DNA from: the human T2T-CHM13v2.0 reference genome, Homo sapiens
NCBI RefSeq assembly: GCF_009914755.1
Contig: NC_060934.1
Length of the DNA: 64,000 nt
Direction: 5' to 3' (one strand)
Below, one piece after another: positions 1-13,300 of this stretch; positions within the stretch are counted from its first letter, which is position 1, and every line of letters starts with the position of its first letter. The position numbers were made by a program, and so were the translations under genes. The notes under the pieces were generated by a model, which had not been told where the DNA came from, did not search any database, and worked only from the letters and a program-made list of their open reading frames with translations.

Positions 1-99
1 CTTGGCTCACTGCAAGCTCCGCCTCCCAGGTTCACGCCATTCTCCTGCCTCAACCTCCCAAAGTGCTGGGATTACAGGCATGAGCCACTGCGCCTGGCC
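1..99 (-). mobile_element. AluY-like element, cut by the window edge; right arm joined directly to left-arm 5' end
   Basis: tgcaagctccgcctcccaggttcacgccattctcc (AluY right arm) runs straight into cctcccaaagtgctgggattacagg...cgcctggcc (left arm). Confidence 0.85.
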
Positions 100-985
<886 letters not shown>

Positions 986-1257
986 AAAATGGAGGAACAT
1001 ATTTGACAAGGTGACTTCTGTATTCAGAAATGTTCATGTTAGTCACTGCAGTGTGTTGGCCAGTGAGGAGCCTGGCCTGAGTGACTGGACCAGAGGATTC
1101 TGAGAGTGGGAAATAAAGTGGGCAGGTAAGAAGAGGCTTGCTCACAAAGCCCCAGAGAGCGGGCAAACCCATGAAACTACGGAGTAAGACTTTGATGAGC
1201 TGCAGCAGCTCTTATCTGGGATGTGGCATGGAAAAAGCAACATACTGAAAAGATCAG

Positions 1258-2170
1258 TCCATTAATTCATTTATCAAACATATATGCCTATCATGTGTGC
1301 AGAGCTAGTCTAGATGCTGGGGACATGGTAGTAAACATTACAGATAAACTGCTTCTCCATGCGAGCTTAAATTTTGGTGAGAGGAGACAAAGGATATGCA
1401 AATAAATTATGTGTGTGCACGCGTGTGTGTGTGTGTGTGTAAAATAAGTCAGAATAATAAGTGCTATGGGAAAAAGTAAAGCAGAGTAAGGGAAGAGGGA
1501 GGAAGACTGTTTTAGACAGGGGAAGGGCATGGAGAGATTCTCTGAGCAGATCCTAGCATGAAGAGAAGGAGCAAGACCAATGGCCATCTAAAATGAAAAT
1601 ATCCCAGGCCGTGGGAATGGTGACTGCAGAGGCCCTGAGGTGGGGACATGCAGGCATGCCGGAGGAGCTGAGGGTTGGACAGTTGTGGCCATAGCCAAGG
1701 CCAGCGGGAGATGGGGGCGCGGAATGTGAAGGACTGAAGATTGTGTGACCATTATAAGGACTTTGGCATTTACTCTGAGTGAGACGGAAAATCACTGGAG
1801 GCTTTTGAGCACCACAGAGACATTTTAGAAGGAACTTTCTGGCAGCTATAAGAAGTATAGTCAGAAAGTAGCAAGAGGACAATGAGATCACCCAGTCAGG
1901 ATCCTGTAATAGACCAGGTATGAAAAGGTTGGCTTGGACTAAAGTGATATTGGTGGAGGAGGTGAGAAGGGGTTAGATTCTGGCTATATTTATGAAGAGA
2001 GTTAACAGGATTTGCTGATGTATTGGATATGGAGAGAAAGAGGAATCATCTTACATGACTCCCAGGTTTTCAGCCTTAGCAACCAAAAGTTTGACATTGC
2101 TATTTACTGAAGAATGGAAAATAGGAGAGAAGCTAGGCATTTTGTGAAGTATCAGGTATTTTGAAAAAAT
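1258..2170 (-). mobile_element. L2 (L2a-like) 3' region containing a (TG)n tract at about 1410-1440
   Basis: attcatttatcaaac...tagatgctggggac start; ggactttggcatttactctgagtg and catgactcccaggttttcagc L2 motifs. Confidence 0.8.
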
Positions 2171-3619
2171 TAGATTTGTAAAAGTGTGCAGTGTAGACTG
2201 GTTCCTGGACATTGAGATTATTGCACTGATTCATTTAAGAAGCAATGACAGACCATTGAGGTGAAGGGTAAGGTAATGGGGGATGAATAAGGGGCTCTAG
2301 GAGGTTTCGTTAAGGTAAAATAACAATGCATGTAGAGAGATCAAAAATAGTCAATCCATGAAATATCAGAGACTCCAGATTAAATGTGGGAAGAAGTACA
2401 GAATGGTACAATGCGTGTCTTGTTAACATGCAATAGAGTGGGGGATAGCCATACCTTTTATAGTTTCAATAATATGAATCTAGGATATCTATTTCTATAA
2501 CACAAACCTATGTAACTTCTCTGATAAGGTTTCCATGCATTAGGAAGACTCAGTGACAAGATTTTGCTGTATATTGTTAGAGGGGAAGACGAGTTCTTTT
2601 TTAAGCTTGCATTTTCTAGGAGTCCTCAATAGATACTGATTACAGATTCATAGATGCAGCTTCTCAATCACTTTTTCATGAGTTTTCACTTTTGCACTTT
2701 TCTTTGGGCTTGCCCAACTGCACAAAAAATTTAACTGTCTAGATTCAAGTCTCAAGGCTGACAGGACTTTAAGTGTATTAAACAGATAAAGTGTATGTAT
2801 AATAATATCCACCTCTTCCATCTGCTTCTGAAATTAAAACAAAACAAAACAAAAAACAGAAAAAAAAACCCCGGGAGAATGAGAAGTGTGTCTTACAAAC
2901 CAGTGATAACCAAATAGGATAAGGTTGTGGGTGTGAGGTACACGACACATTGAGCCAGCTGTCTCACTTCAGGCTTCAGGTCACCCATCAACACCTGCAG
3001 ATCACAAAACTGCAGGCAGGACATTCCATGGCCCTCTGCTGGTGTTCAATCTCTGCACATGAAATTGTAGAGAATAAAACTAAAATACTATAAAAAATAA
3101 TACCTATGCAATGACAGACAAAATTATGGAAAAAAGTGGAAGCAGAGTAATCCATCAAATATCAGAATAATAAACATTACAAACACGGATATACATTTGG
3201 TACATATTCAGAGGAAAAAGAGAAGAATTTATCTCTGTCTCATTTTTTTTTTTACTTTTCTCATGTTTAACTCAATACAACAAAATATACATTTAAATTG
3301 CTTTCAAGCATCAAGAGTCTATTTTTTCCATTATGACAGTTTCACAGGATGTTATCATTGTCGTCGTTTGAATAACTGATGGAAGCACTGTGGTTTTTTT
3401 TCACCAAGTAACTTAGGTAGTGTCAAACTTAACTCCCACCCAGTCCCCAGACAGCAAGGGTCAGAACCACCAATGCTTCTCCAACCACCCTATTCTCAAA
3501 ATGTCATAGGATTGCCTCTCAGCAGAAGGTGAGAGAAGCCCACAAAATGGTAAAGATCACTGTCCTTGATAAAAGCAAAGGGAGGAGACATCCATATCAA
3601 TCTATGTTTGAAGAACAGA

Positions 3620-3800
3620 TGTAGGGCTTACCCTCCTGCTGTAAATAACTATAAAATGGAGAAATAAAATTATTTACAGAAATTGGACCACGGACTTCAT
3701 CGGCTGTCATTCTGAGAAGAGGAGGACCCACCAGCGAGTTCCAAATTCACCCCAGCTTCATGCCTCTAGGCGCTTTCCAAACCATAGCGTGCGTGCACAT

Positions 3801-3839
<39 letters not shown>

Positions 3840-5440
3840 AAGGAGGAACATTCTCACCGGGTAGAGGAAACAAAGATTGGAGTTTGAGTCTTTTAAGGCA
3901 GGTGGAATATATGGGGCAGAGTGTCAGAAGGGAGCTGTGTAGAAAAGGAGTTCCGGAAATTTGCATAACATTCTTCCTTGTGTCTTTGGCCAGATGCAAA
4001 GCTGCGTATGTGCTGGAGAAAACTCTGCAAGACTTATTAGGAAACAGCTACTAGGTAAGGGGTTGTGAACTGAATGGAATTTCCAAAAATGACACAGTGC
4101 TGGGAGATGTTACAACTCCAACCGTTCATAATGGAGACACCACACTGAACATCCAAGGAAGAAAATCACGTCTTAGGAATAGATATGTTTTAGCCCTAGA
4201 CTACCATCAGTTCTAGACCCAACCTAACAAAGCCTAAAATAAATGTTTGACAAAATCAACTGTCAGAAGAAAACTCAACATCTTTCAAAGAAACAAAGTA
4301 AAATCCACACTCTACAATGTATAATCTACAATGTACAGCATCTAATAATAGTTTTTTAAAGGACTAAGACATGCAGAGAAGCAGGAACATGTGACCTACT
4401 CCCAGAGAAAAAAATAGTCAATAGAAACAGACCCAGAGATTATATTAATGTTGGAATTAGTAAGCAAAAAAAATTAAAATAGCTATTTTATTTAAACATT
4501 TAAAACTTTTGCTAAACAAAATGCGCCATTAAGAAAATAAACAGGAAAGCCACAAACTGGGAGAAACTATTTGCCATACATAAATCTGGCAAAGCCTTAT
4601 ATCCTGAGTATATAAGAACATCTAGAAGTCAATGATAAAAAGAAAAAAGAACCTAATCAAAACATGGCAAAATCTTGGACGTACAATTTAAAAAGAAAGA
4701 TATAAAAATGGCCAAAATCATTAAGAAAATCCAAGTTAAATGACAATGAGATGATATCACACTGTCACTTCAACATCTAAAATTAAAAAGACGGACAATA
4801 CAACCCAACGTTGGCAAGGATGTGAAGCACCAGGATTTTCATGTGTTGCTGGTAGAAATGTAGAACTGTACAATTATTTCCGAAGAAAAGGTCTTTTTCT
4901 TTAGAGTTTAGCAAGAACCTGCCCTATAACCCATGATTTCCATTCCCAGGTTTTTATGCAATAGAAATGAAAACCAATGTCCACAAACCCCACATGTATA
5001 TGGTATTTATTGGTGTTTATTGACAAGACCCCAAAATGGCAACAATGGAAATGCCATCAAAAAGTGAATGGATTATTTAAAATTGTGGCAGTGGAATACT
5101 CCTTGGTTAAAAAAAAGAAAATGAATTATTCTTATGCATACATAACACCATAGTTGATTCTCACAGACATTAGGATGAGTAAAAGAAGACAAACATGAAA
5201 GAAGATATTATGCATGCTTCTAATTCACATGAAGTTCTAGAACACACAAAACTAAACTGTGGAGAAAAAAATCAGAAGAGTGGTTTCCTAGGTGAGAATA
5301 GAGTGTAGTGCCTGGTAAGGATCATAAGAAATATCCTTGGGTGAAGCATCAGTTACGTGGGTGTGAACACTGCCGAAACACTGAATTGTACACTTGAGAT
5401 CTGTACATTCCACTGTACTTAAGTTGTATCTCACTTTAGG
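3620..5440 (+). mobile_element. Old L1 (L1MC/L1ME class): 5'UTR/ORF1 start joined near 4490 to ORF2 end and 3'UTR
   Basis: agacatgcagagaagcaggaacatgtgacc (ORF1 start); gccacaaactgggagaaactatttgc (ORF2 C-terminus); tgtacacttgagatctgtacatt (3'UTR). Confidence 0.65.
3787..3838. repeat. (CA)n / alternating purine-pyrimidine microsatellite
   Basis: gcgtgcgtgcacatgcgcacacacac...acgcacac. Confidence 0.95.
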
Positions 5441-6083
5441 CAAAGGAATACACCAGAGGGAAGGTGGCATGAGAGAAAGGAAGATGATGCTGTGATTTCT
5501 GGTAGCGAGAATGCCAGCAAACAGGTACCAGATTGCAATCCTGCTATTCCCCGTTCAGTCCAGTCCAGTCTGGTCCTAAGTCATTGCAAAGAACCAGTGG
5601 GAATCCAGCTTAGGAAAAGATGAAGAAAAAAGTGTAGCTCAGAAAAAGTGCAGAACAGCAATTGTGAGTATGATGCACCAGATCAAACCAGAAAAAACTG
5701 CCAAAAAAAAAAAGCAAGGTAAAATTGGATCAGGTGTGAACCTCCATGAAATAAAGCTTGCAAGATATAAGGTAAAACTAAGCCCAAGCCAAAACACATC
5801 CAACCACCAACATGATGCAGGAGAAATTATATGTCCCCCAACAATAGCAGATGTAAGATAGATCAGACAAGCCCTCTGCCCTTCTCCTAGAACACTGAGC
5901 CGAACTGTTGTGTAGTGGCCTAAAGGGTTTCCCCTCATCCCCTGCAGGGAGAAGCAGCCCTGTTTGTTCCCTGGGCTACGCTCCAAACATGCTGTCCTGC
6001 TGACCTCCCAACAATCCCAGGCAAGTTATGGGGCATATTGTGCCCAGCTGAACCCACAATCAAACGACATTAGCTTTATCTTC

Positions 6084-6129
6084 TTAGGTTGGTGCAAAAG
6101 TAATTGTGGTTTTTGCCATTACTTTTAAT
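6084..6129. mobile_element. MADE1 (Hsmar1-derived MITE), one arm only
   Basis: ttaggttggtgcaaaagtaattgtggtttttgccattacttttaat matches the Hsmar1/MADE1 TIR; the second arm is absent. Confidence 0.9.
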
Positions 6130-7149
6130 TAATTCATTCTAAATAACTCTTGATGCACCATCTACTATTATGGTCACAACTAACCAAGCACAGAACAGTG
6201 ATCTCGTATCCAGACATTTCAGAAGTATGAGAAGAGTCCATGTGGACATACAGGAATGGTTACATGTGCTCTTCTCTTGGCCAAACCTGCTCCACCGAAA
6301 TGGAAGGAAAGAAACAATAATGCTATTAATTCATGGGTAAAAAGAGAGTGTTAACAGGTATAACTGGGAATGAGAAAAGTCCATATGTTTTTGGAAGACA
6401 GAGTGGATGGAGGAACAGTGGGGGTGAGGCAACACAGAGAGATTCCTGCAATGGGGACTTCCTGATGAGAGGTGACACATTTTTCCTTACAGAACTGCTG
6501 AGAGGGGTAGTTCTAAGAGGGAAGATTAAGTTAAGCACATGGCTGAAAACAGTAAGGCTTGTTTCTTATCTGCATGTAGGACCACTGGACACTCCTCAGT
6601 GTTGCTCACCCCAACCCTTGCAGCCAGGCAGCCATACAGCCCCTCTCCCCAGAGGGAGACAAGAGTTACTCTCTGAATACATTGAAACTAAGATCCTCTG
6701 GACTCAGGGGCATTAAGCAGAGAAGGCAGCATGAAACACATGGCTGAAAACAGAAGGATTAAATGAAAACTCCACCTTGAACTTTAGGACTGCAGCCTGG
6801 GTCCTTCCCATCACTCTCAGATACCTGCAGCCAGGCAGAAGGACATCTCTGTGGAGACACTGCCTGGCTCCCGGGTGCACATCTGTGTTGCAGGCTCTCT
6901 CAAGAAAGCTGCAATTCCTCTTCAACTGCCTCAACTGGGGACTAAACCCAGAAGAGAAAAGTGTGGGATGGAGGGAACAGGACCCCAGAAAGGCAGCACA
7001 GGGAAGCCGCAGGCACTCAGCTTCATGACAGGCTTAGAGAACAAACTGGGACAGAGGAAGGGGAAGCTTGGAGCACATTTCTCTGAGGAGGTGTGGAGCA
7101 GGTGGAGAACTGGACGGCAGAACCGACCTGATGGACTGCTTGGCATTGC

Positions 7150-7620
7150 ATTCGAGCTCTTGGCAAGATTATTAGTAGACGTATGCCAAATGTGTTAAAA
7201 CATCTGGTAAGAGTTAGTGACAAGTACATACAAAACCAAGCAAATGGGAAAAAAATGAGGCAATAATTAATTCTAAGAATAACAAAAACATAGTGTGAAA
7301 CAGAAAATGGAATCAAATTATATGACTTGACCCATTAGTAAAAATCATTACATAGCATTATCTAATTGGTAGATGTGGCCAAAATTTGATGTATGACACT
7401 ACTGAGAAGACAGGGGAAGAAGAAAGAAAGAGGGGCTAGTGGAGATATAAAAGAGGTAAATGCCCAAATTTTAAAACATGTAAAGTTGATAGATATTATC
7501 TAAGATTGATCAATTAATGCATAGCAGTACAAGTATATGATTTGGAAATACAAAAGCAAATAGCAGAAAAATTACAACCTTGGAATTGACTTTCTCTGGG
7601 AAAATGGGGATGAGAAGGAA
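7150..7620 (+). mobile_element. L1MC4/L1MC5-like 3'UTR fragment
   Basis: gcaaatgggaaaaaaatgaggcaataattaattctaagaataacaaaaa resembles L1MC 3' ends. Confidence 0.5.
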
Positions 7621-7637
7621 GAAGGCAGGTGCAGCCA

Positions 7638-8074
7638 TGTCTCAGATGCTGCCAGTGTCCACCCACGTCCCCTTGGCCTCACCTGTCCTGTACATGCTGG
7701 TCACTTGCTTCTGCAAGTCCCTGGGGCTCTTGCCCTGAGTGCCATCTCTAGCTGGGCTCAGCCTGCACATGGGGCAGAATGAATGATCCCCATTCTCAGC
7801 AACCCTCAGACAAGCCATGGACAGGAACTGGAAATAGACCGTCCAACTCACCAATCCCTTGGGTAGGTCAACTCTGAGGTCCGCCGTACACCATCTCCCA
7901 GTGCTGCCTGCTATTATCTGCTCATTAACGTTCCCCACATTGGCTCCCTTCCTTCCTTTCTCCCTTCCCCACCTCCGTATGCGTGCTTCCTGGAATCACC
8001 TCCCAAAGAAAGAATCCATTTGCACTCTGATTCTTGTTTCAGGGTCTGCTTCCTGGGAAGCCCAACCTAAGACC
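7638..8074 (+). mobile_element. LTR16-family (ERVL) solo LTR
   Basis: ggtcaactctgagg, gcttcctggaatcacctcccaa, terminal cagggtctgcttcctgggaagcccaacctaagac. Confidence 0.75.
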
Positions 8075-9924
8075 AGCTGTTACTCAACAGGAAACTTTCA
8101 GAACGACAAGAATAATGCCTTCCTTCACTATGTGCATACAACCTCCAGGAAAATAAAATAAAATAGTGTAAGAGTGATTATCTTCTGAAATGATGCCATG
8201 TTATAGCTATTATCGTGTTAAACATTAGTTTATTTATTACTCAAGTGAATTTGCAATAGATTCATTATAAGACTATAGGCTCAATTAATAAGTCAAGTAT
8301 GATCATTTACTATTGGAATTAAAAATGATCTCCTAATACATATCACCTGGTGGTGCTGCCTTCTGAATAATAATCTGGAAGAGGTGCCTCTTCTTCCCAG
8401 CACATCGAGCTAGCGTTTCTGGGCAGTCATTGTGTCAAAGAGTAAGCTTTTCTATGGTTTCTCTGTTTTCACATTTGTTCCTCTGCTAGACCTAATATTT
8501 GTTTGCTTGCTTTCTTTTACTCCATAGATTTTTGTTAAGTGTCAACTAAGTTTGGCAGCAATATTGACTTCTCTGCTTATAAGAGTGTTACTGCTCTGGG
8601 AGTTTCACTGAGAGTCAAGTGACCATTTATTGATTAGGATTTATTATCCTCTATGAATCCTGTCTTTCTACATAATAGCACTGTCATTACTTTCTAAAAT
8701 ACTCTAAGGTGTATAGTCTGATTTTGTAATGCTTCACCCATTCACATATGAACACTAATGACTGCATTGCGTTATCATCTTACCATCAGATTTCTCGATT
8801 CCCAGCCAAGGACTTCATTGACCAGTGCAGTGACCAAGCCAAAGTCACAGCTCGCCAGATCTGGTTAAGTTTGTTGCTAGGACTGTTCACTTAGGCAGCT
8901 GGAGAACACAGATGCTCTCCAAATCCAGACTCAAAAACTAGCACAGAGAAACTTGTCAGTAGTGACAGGATGACCTCACTCATCAGAATATCATTCTACA
9001 TTGACTTTACTATTCCAAGTTTATAACTCTTGATCTACTTTGCTAACAGCGTCCTTGCTCAGAATGTCAACGAAGTGATACTAGCTCACTCATAACCACT
9101 CCACTAAGAATACACAGCATAGCATCAACTTCCAAGAGCAGTGCCCAAGAAGCTATGGGCCAGAAAGAAATTGTTTCATGAAAAATGCCAAGAACAAAGA
9201 AAAAAAGGCATATTTTAAGAAAATAAAATGTTGGGGAATAAAACTGACCAGCAATAAATAGGCCCATTGCCAAAGAATTAAGGCAATGTCAACAAGTGAT
9301 TAAAAGATGGTAGAACTCCTCAACTTCTAACTTCTTGGTTTTCACTCAGGAAAATGGGCAAGCATTGTTCCAAAGGAGAGAAGCTTCAATGTAGGAGGAA
9401 ATATACATGCTATTCTCTTTCACAGAATTCAAATCCAAAAGCACCTTTCATGAAGAGCTGAAGTTTGGAAACAAGCTCACAGATTTGGTCTCAAAGGTAG
9501 TGCCATAATGAGGGAGAGAATTGGAGGGGAACAGAAGACATGGCAGACAAACATGACCCCAGCCTTGAGGAAAGAAGCAAAGGTGAGCTTTAGGGAAGGT
9601 AAACTGCTCAGTGTGAAGTGCTGTAAAGGAATTCTAGAACAGAGCTTCCAACAGGTGACTTGGAATATTACTAATTATTACAAGATTGTTAGGTATCAGT
9701 CATGCCAGGGATATGTCAGAAGCCTGGTGTATTTTATTTCCTGAGGCACTCAATGAAGCCTCTTATTCTATCTTTGAACATTTCTCAAATGAACATTTAA
9801 GAAATGAACATTGGCTGACAGCAGGATAGATGGCCTTGGAGCTGTTGAACAAGCAGGCAAGCTGAAGGAGTTTGATTAATCAAAGTTAACCTTTCACGGG
9901 GCAGTTAATGGTGCAGTAAATAAT

Positions 9925-10140
9925 CATGATGAACAACTTGGGTTTGGGATATGGGCCTGTAGTCGCCAGCTGGATGGCAAGTTACTTAACCTCACTCGCT
10001 GAGCCTTAATTTCCTCATCTGTCTCTAAATGGTCGTGATGATCATGCTGAAATCCTGAAGTTGGGGGCTGAATGAGGCGGTGCCTATATGAGGGTTTACA
10101 CGGGCCAAGTACACTCAATAGTAAGTGCCCACCAAAGGTC
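9925..10140 (+). mobile_element. MIR
   Basis: ggcaagttacttaacctc...gagccttaatttcctcatctgt core. Confidence 0.75.
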
Positions 10141-10393
10141 ACCTCACAAGGCTTCTATCCCATGGGTTTAAAAACAATTGGCTCATTCATCTCACAATTT
10201 CATTTCTGTATCTGGGAAGCATCTGCAGCTGAGAAAGCTTATCGGCTTGCTAAGTTCTACCCCAACCTGACCTCTGCAATATAGAAGCCACTCCATAAAT
10301 GTACTTTTCCTGCCTCCTATGTGCTTCTCCCTCCAGTGCTGAGTATTTTGATAGCATTTTCTTTTCTTAATGAGAAGCGAATTCACAACTTAA

Positions 10394-10708
10394 TTTTTAT
10401 TTTATTTTAATTTTATCTTTTTTTTGAGATAGAGTCTCACTCTGTTGCCCAGGCTGGAGTGCAGTGGCGCGATCTTCGCTCACTGCAAGCTCTGCCTCCC
10501 AGGTTCATGCCATTCTCCTGCCTCAGCCTCTCCGAGTAGCTGGGACTACAGGCGCCCGCCACCATGCCCAGCTAATTTTTTTGTATTTTTAGTAGAGACG
10601 GGGTTTCGCCGTGTTAGCCACGATGGTCTCAATCTCCTGACCTCGTGATCCGCCCGTCTCGGCCTCCCAAAGTGCTGGGATTACAGGCGTGAGCCACCGC
10701 GCCCGGCC
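10394..10708 (-). mobile_element. AluY, full length, in the tail of an L1MB
   Basis: Dimeric Alu retaining many CpGs (ggcgcgatc, ccgcccgtctcggcc). Confidence 0.95.
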
Positions 10709-12175
10709 TAACGTTTTTTATTGTTGTAAAAAATGCATAACACAATTTACCATTGTAACCACTTTTAAATATATAGTTCAGAAGTCATGAGTATATGCAC
10801 ATTGTTGTGAAACAGATCACCAGACCCTTTTCATCTTCCCAAACTGAAACTGTCTACCTGTTAAACAACAACTCTTCATTCTCTTTCCCCGCAGCACCTG
10901 ACACAGCAGCCCACCTCCTGCCCCTAGAATTTTGACTGCTCGAGGGACTGCACATGAATGGAATCAGTTTGCATTTGTATCTTTGTACCAGGCTTATTTC
11001 ACTTAGCATAATGTCCTCAAGGTGCATCCATTTTGTGTACGTGACAAAATTTCCTTCTTTGTTATTAAGGTTGAATAATATTCCAGGGTGTATAATAAAA
11101 AAGAAGTCAGCATCACTAATACCAAAACCAGGAAAGAACATAACAAAAAAAGAAAACTACAGACCAATATTCCTGATGGACATAGATGTAAAAATTATCA
11201 ATAAAATACTAGCGAACCGAATCCAACAGCCTATCAGAAAGATAATTCACCATGATCACCATGATCTAGTGGGTTTCATACCAGGGATGCAGGGATGGTT
11301 TAACACACAGAAGTCAATAAATGTGATACATCACATAAACAGAATAAAAAAAATCATATGATGATCTCAATAGATGCAGAAAAGGCATTTGACAAAATCC
11401 AGCATCCCTTTATGATTAAAACCCTTAGCAAAATCAACATACAAGGGACATGCCTCAATGTAATAAAGCCATCGATGACAAACCCACAGCCAACATTATA
11501 TGGGACAGGGATAATTTGAAAGCATTCCTTATGAAAACTAGAACATGAAAAGGATGCCTATCCTCACCATTTCTATCCTAGCCAGAGCAACCAGACAGGA
11601 GAAAGAAATAAAGGGCACCCAGATCGGTAAAGAAGAAGTCAAACTGTCACTGTTCACTGATGATATGGTCGTATACCTAGAAAATCCTAAAGACTCCTCC
11701 AAAAAACTCCTAGAACTGATAAATGAATTCAGCAAAGTTTCAGGATACAAAATTAATATACACAAATCAGTAGCTTTGCTATACACCAACAGCGACCAAG
11801 CAGAAAATCAAATCAAGAACTCAAACCCTTTTATGATAGCTGCAACAAAATAAAAATAACAATACTTAGGAATATGCCTAACGAGGGAGGTGAAAGACCT
11901 CTACAAGGAAGGCTACGAAATTTCCTTTATCCATTTATCTGTCAATAGACACTGGGGTTGCTTCCACTTATTGGCTATTGTGAATGCTGCTATGAACATG
12001 GGTCAACAAATATCTTTTCAAGTCCCTGCTTCCAGTTCTCTTGCATAAATATTCAGAAGTGGAATTGTAGGACTATATGGTAATTCGATTTCTAATTTTT
12101 TGAGGAACCACTACACTGTATATACCACATTTTGTTTATTTATTCATCTGTTAATGGATATTTGGGTTGCCACTT
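10709..12175 (-). mobile_element. L1MB-type 3' end, interrupted at about 11095-11920
   Basis: ttgaataatattccagggtgtata on the left continues as tttatccatttatctgtcaatagacactggggttg on the right. Confidence 0.8.
11103..11920 (+). mobile_element. Internal L1PB-like ORF2 reverse-transcriptase fragment, decayed
   Basis: ORF track: [45 protein letters not shown] and [20 protein letters not shown] (FADD motif region); frameshifts and stops. Confidence 0.92.
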
Positions 12176-13226
12176 GCTTTTTAAGCTTCTATGTCTATTT
12201 TCATTTTATTCACCAAGTGTGACGTGTGCCTAGCATGTCAGCAAACCAGCATCACAAGGGTCCCAGGAGCACAAAATAAAAGGAAAAGACCCTGCCCTGA
12301 AAGTCCTAGCAAATGCCTTTAAATTCTCCCCAGTCCTCAAACAGAGCTCAGGACATTATAACCATGTCCAGGAGTTGCACACTACTGGTTTCTTAACATA
12401 GAATTTTCCTCTGAGACAATCTCCATCTTAAGTAGCCTTGTAAATAGGGGAGAAAAACACTCAGTGGCAGTCTCATGGCACTAAGGATATTTCCATTCTT
12501 CATCTGAAAGTCTAAGCTTACGGTTTTCCCTTTGGTACCCAGTAAATTGACAGAAGGCACTGGGTTTATCCTTGCTTTGCTCTTATAAGTCATTACGGAA
12601 GGATGGGGCCAGCTTCTCCCCTGCAAAGGTACATGGAGGTGACTCTTACTCAGGAGGGGAAGCTAAATACCACTTGAGAGGAATGGGCATGGAGAGGAAA
12701 TCTTATAGGACCTCTTCTGGAAGTAGAAATTTAGAATTGAGCTGCGCATAGAGTTTTCTTGCATGTTGAATTGGTCCTGTTTAATTGCTACATCCACATT
12801 CTTCTTCCCACGCTTGTCACAGAGCAATCCCAGGCTGACACGCCCCACCACGGAGCTTCCCAAACCCAACAGGCAGGGGAATCTCCGGCACAGTAGAGTT
12901 TCCTAGTGGGTAGGATACCAGGACCCTGACTCAGCTCTAGGCGTCTCCCTGCAGCTTTTGCCTACCCAGGATACATCCAAAGTACTCCAAGCTTGAAAGA
13001 GAGTATGAGGCTGCACTCCATTCTGAAATGAACAAAAACCAAGAGAGAAGCAGTCTAAATCCCTTCACCAACACACCCGATTTAAAGCATGAGGGTGGGC
13101 CTTGGGGGGAAGACAAGAAGGAAAAGAAGAAAGAAAATGATGCCAACTGGGCTCCAACCCTGTTCACAGCCTGGAATGACACCGGCAGATGGCCTCGGTT
13201 GGATCCTGCCTCCCCACTCATCCTTC

Positions 13227-13300
13227 CTAGGTTGGGCAGGTTACTTCCCTCCTCTGCCTGCATTCCCCAATCTGTGAAATGGACACAATAACCCATGCTA
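13227..13300 (+). mobile_element. MIR fragment
   Basis: ttgggcaggttacttccctcctctgcctgcattccccaatctgtgaaatgg. Confidence 0.65.

Noticed and set aside
5639-7198. Cluster of 65-127 aa ORFs (5639-5986, 5664-5861, 6333-6716, 6851-7198)
   Set aside because: No recognisable domain, overlapping on both strands, several with non-ATG starts; consistent with chance.
10954-11853. Reverse-transcriptase-like ORFs as a possible novel RT system
   Set aside because: Plain LINE-1 ORF2 fragment with frameshifts, stops and a deletion; non-functional.
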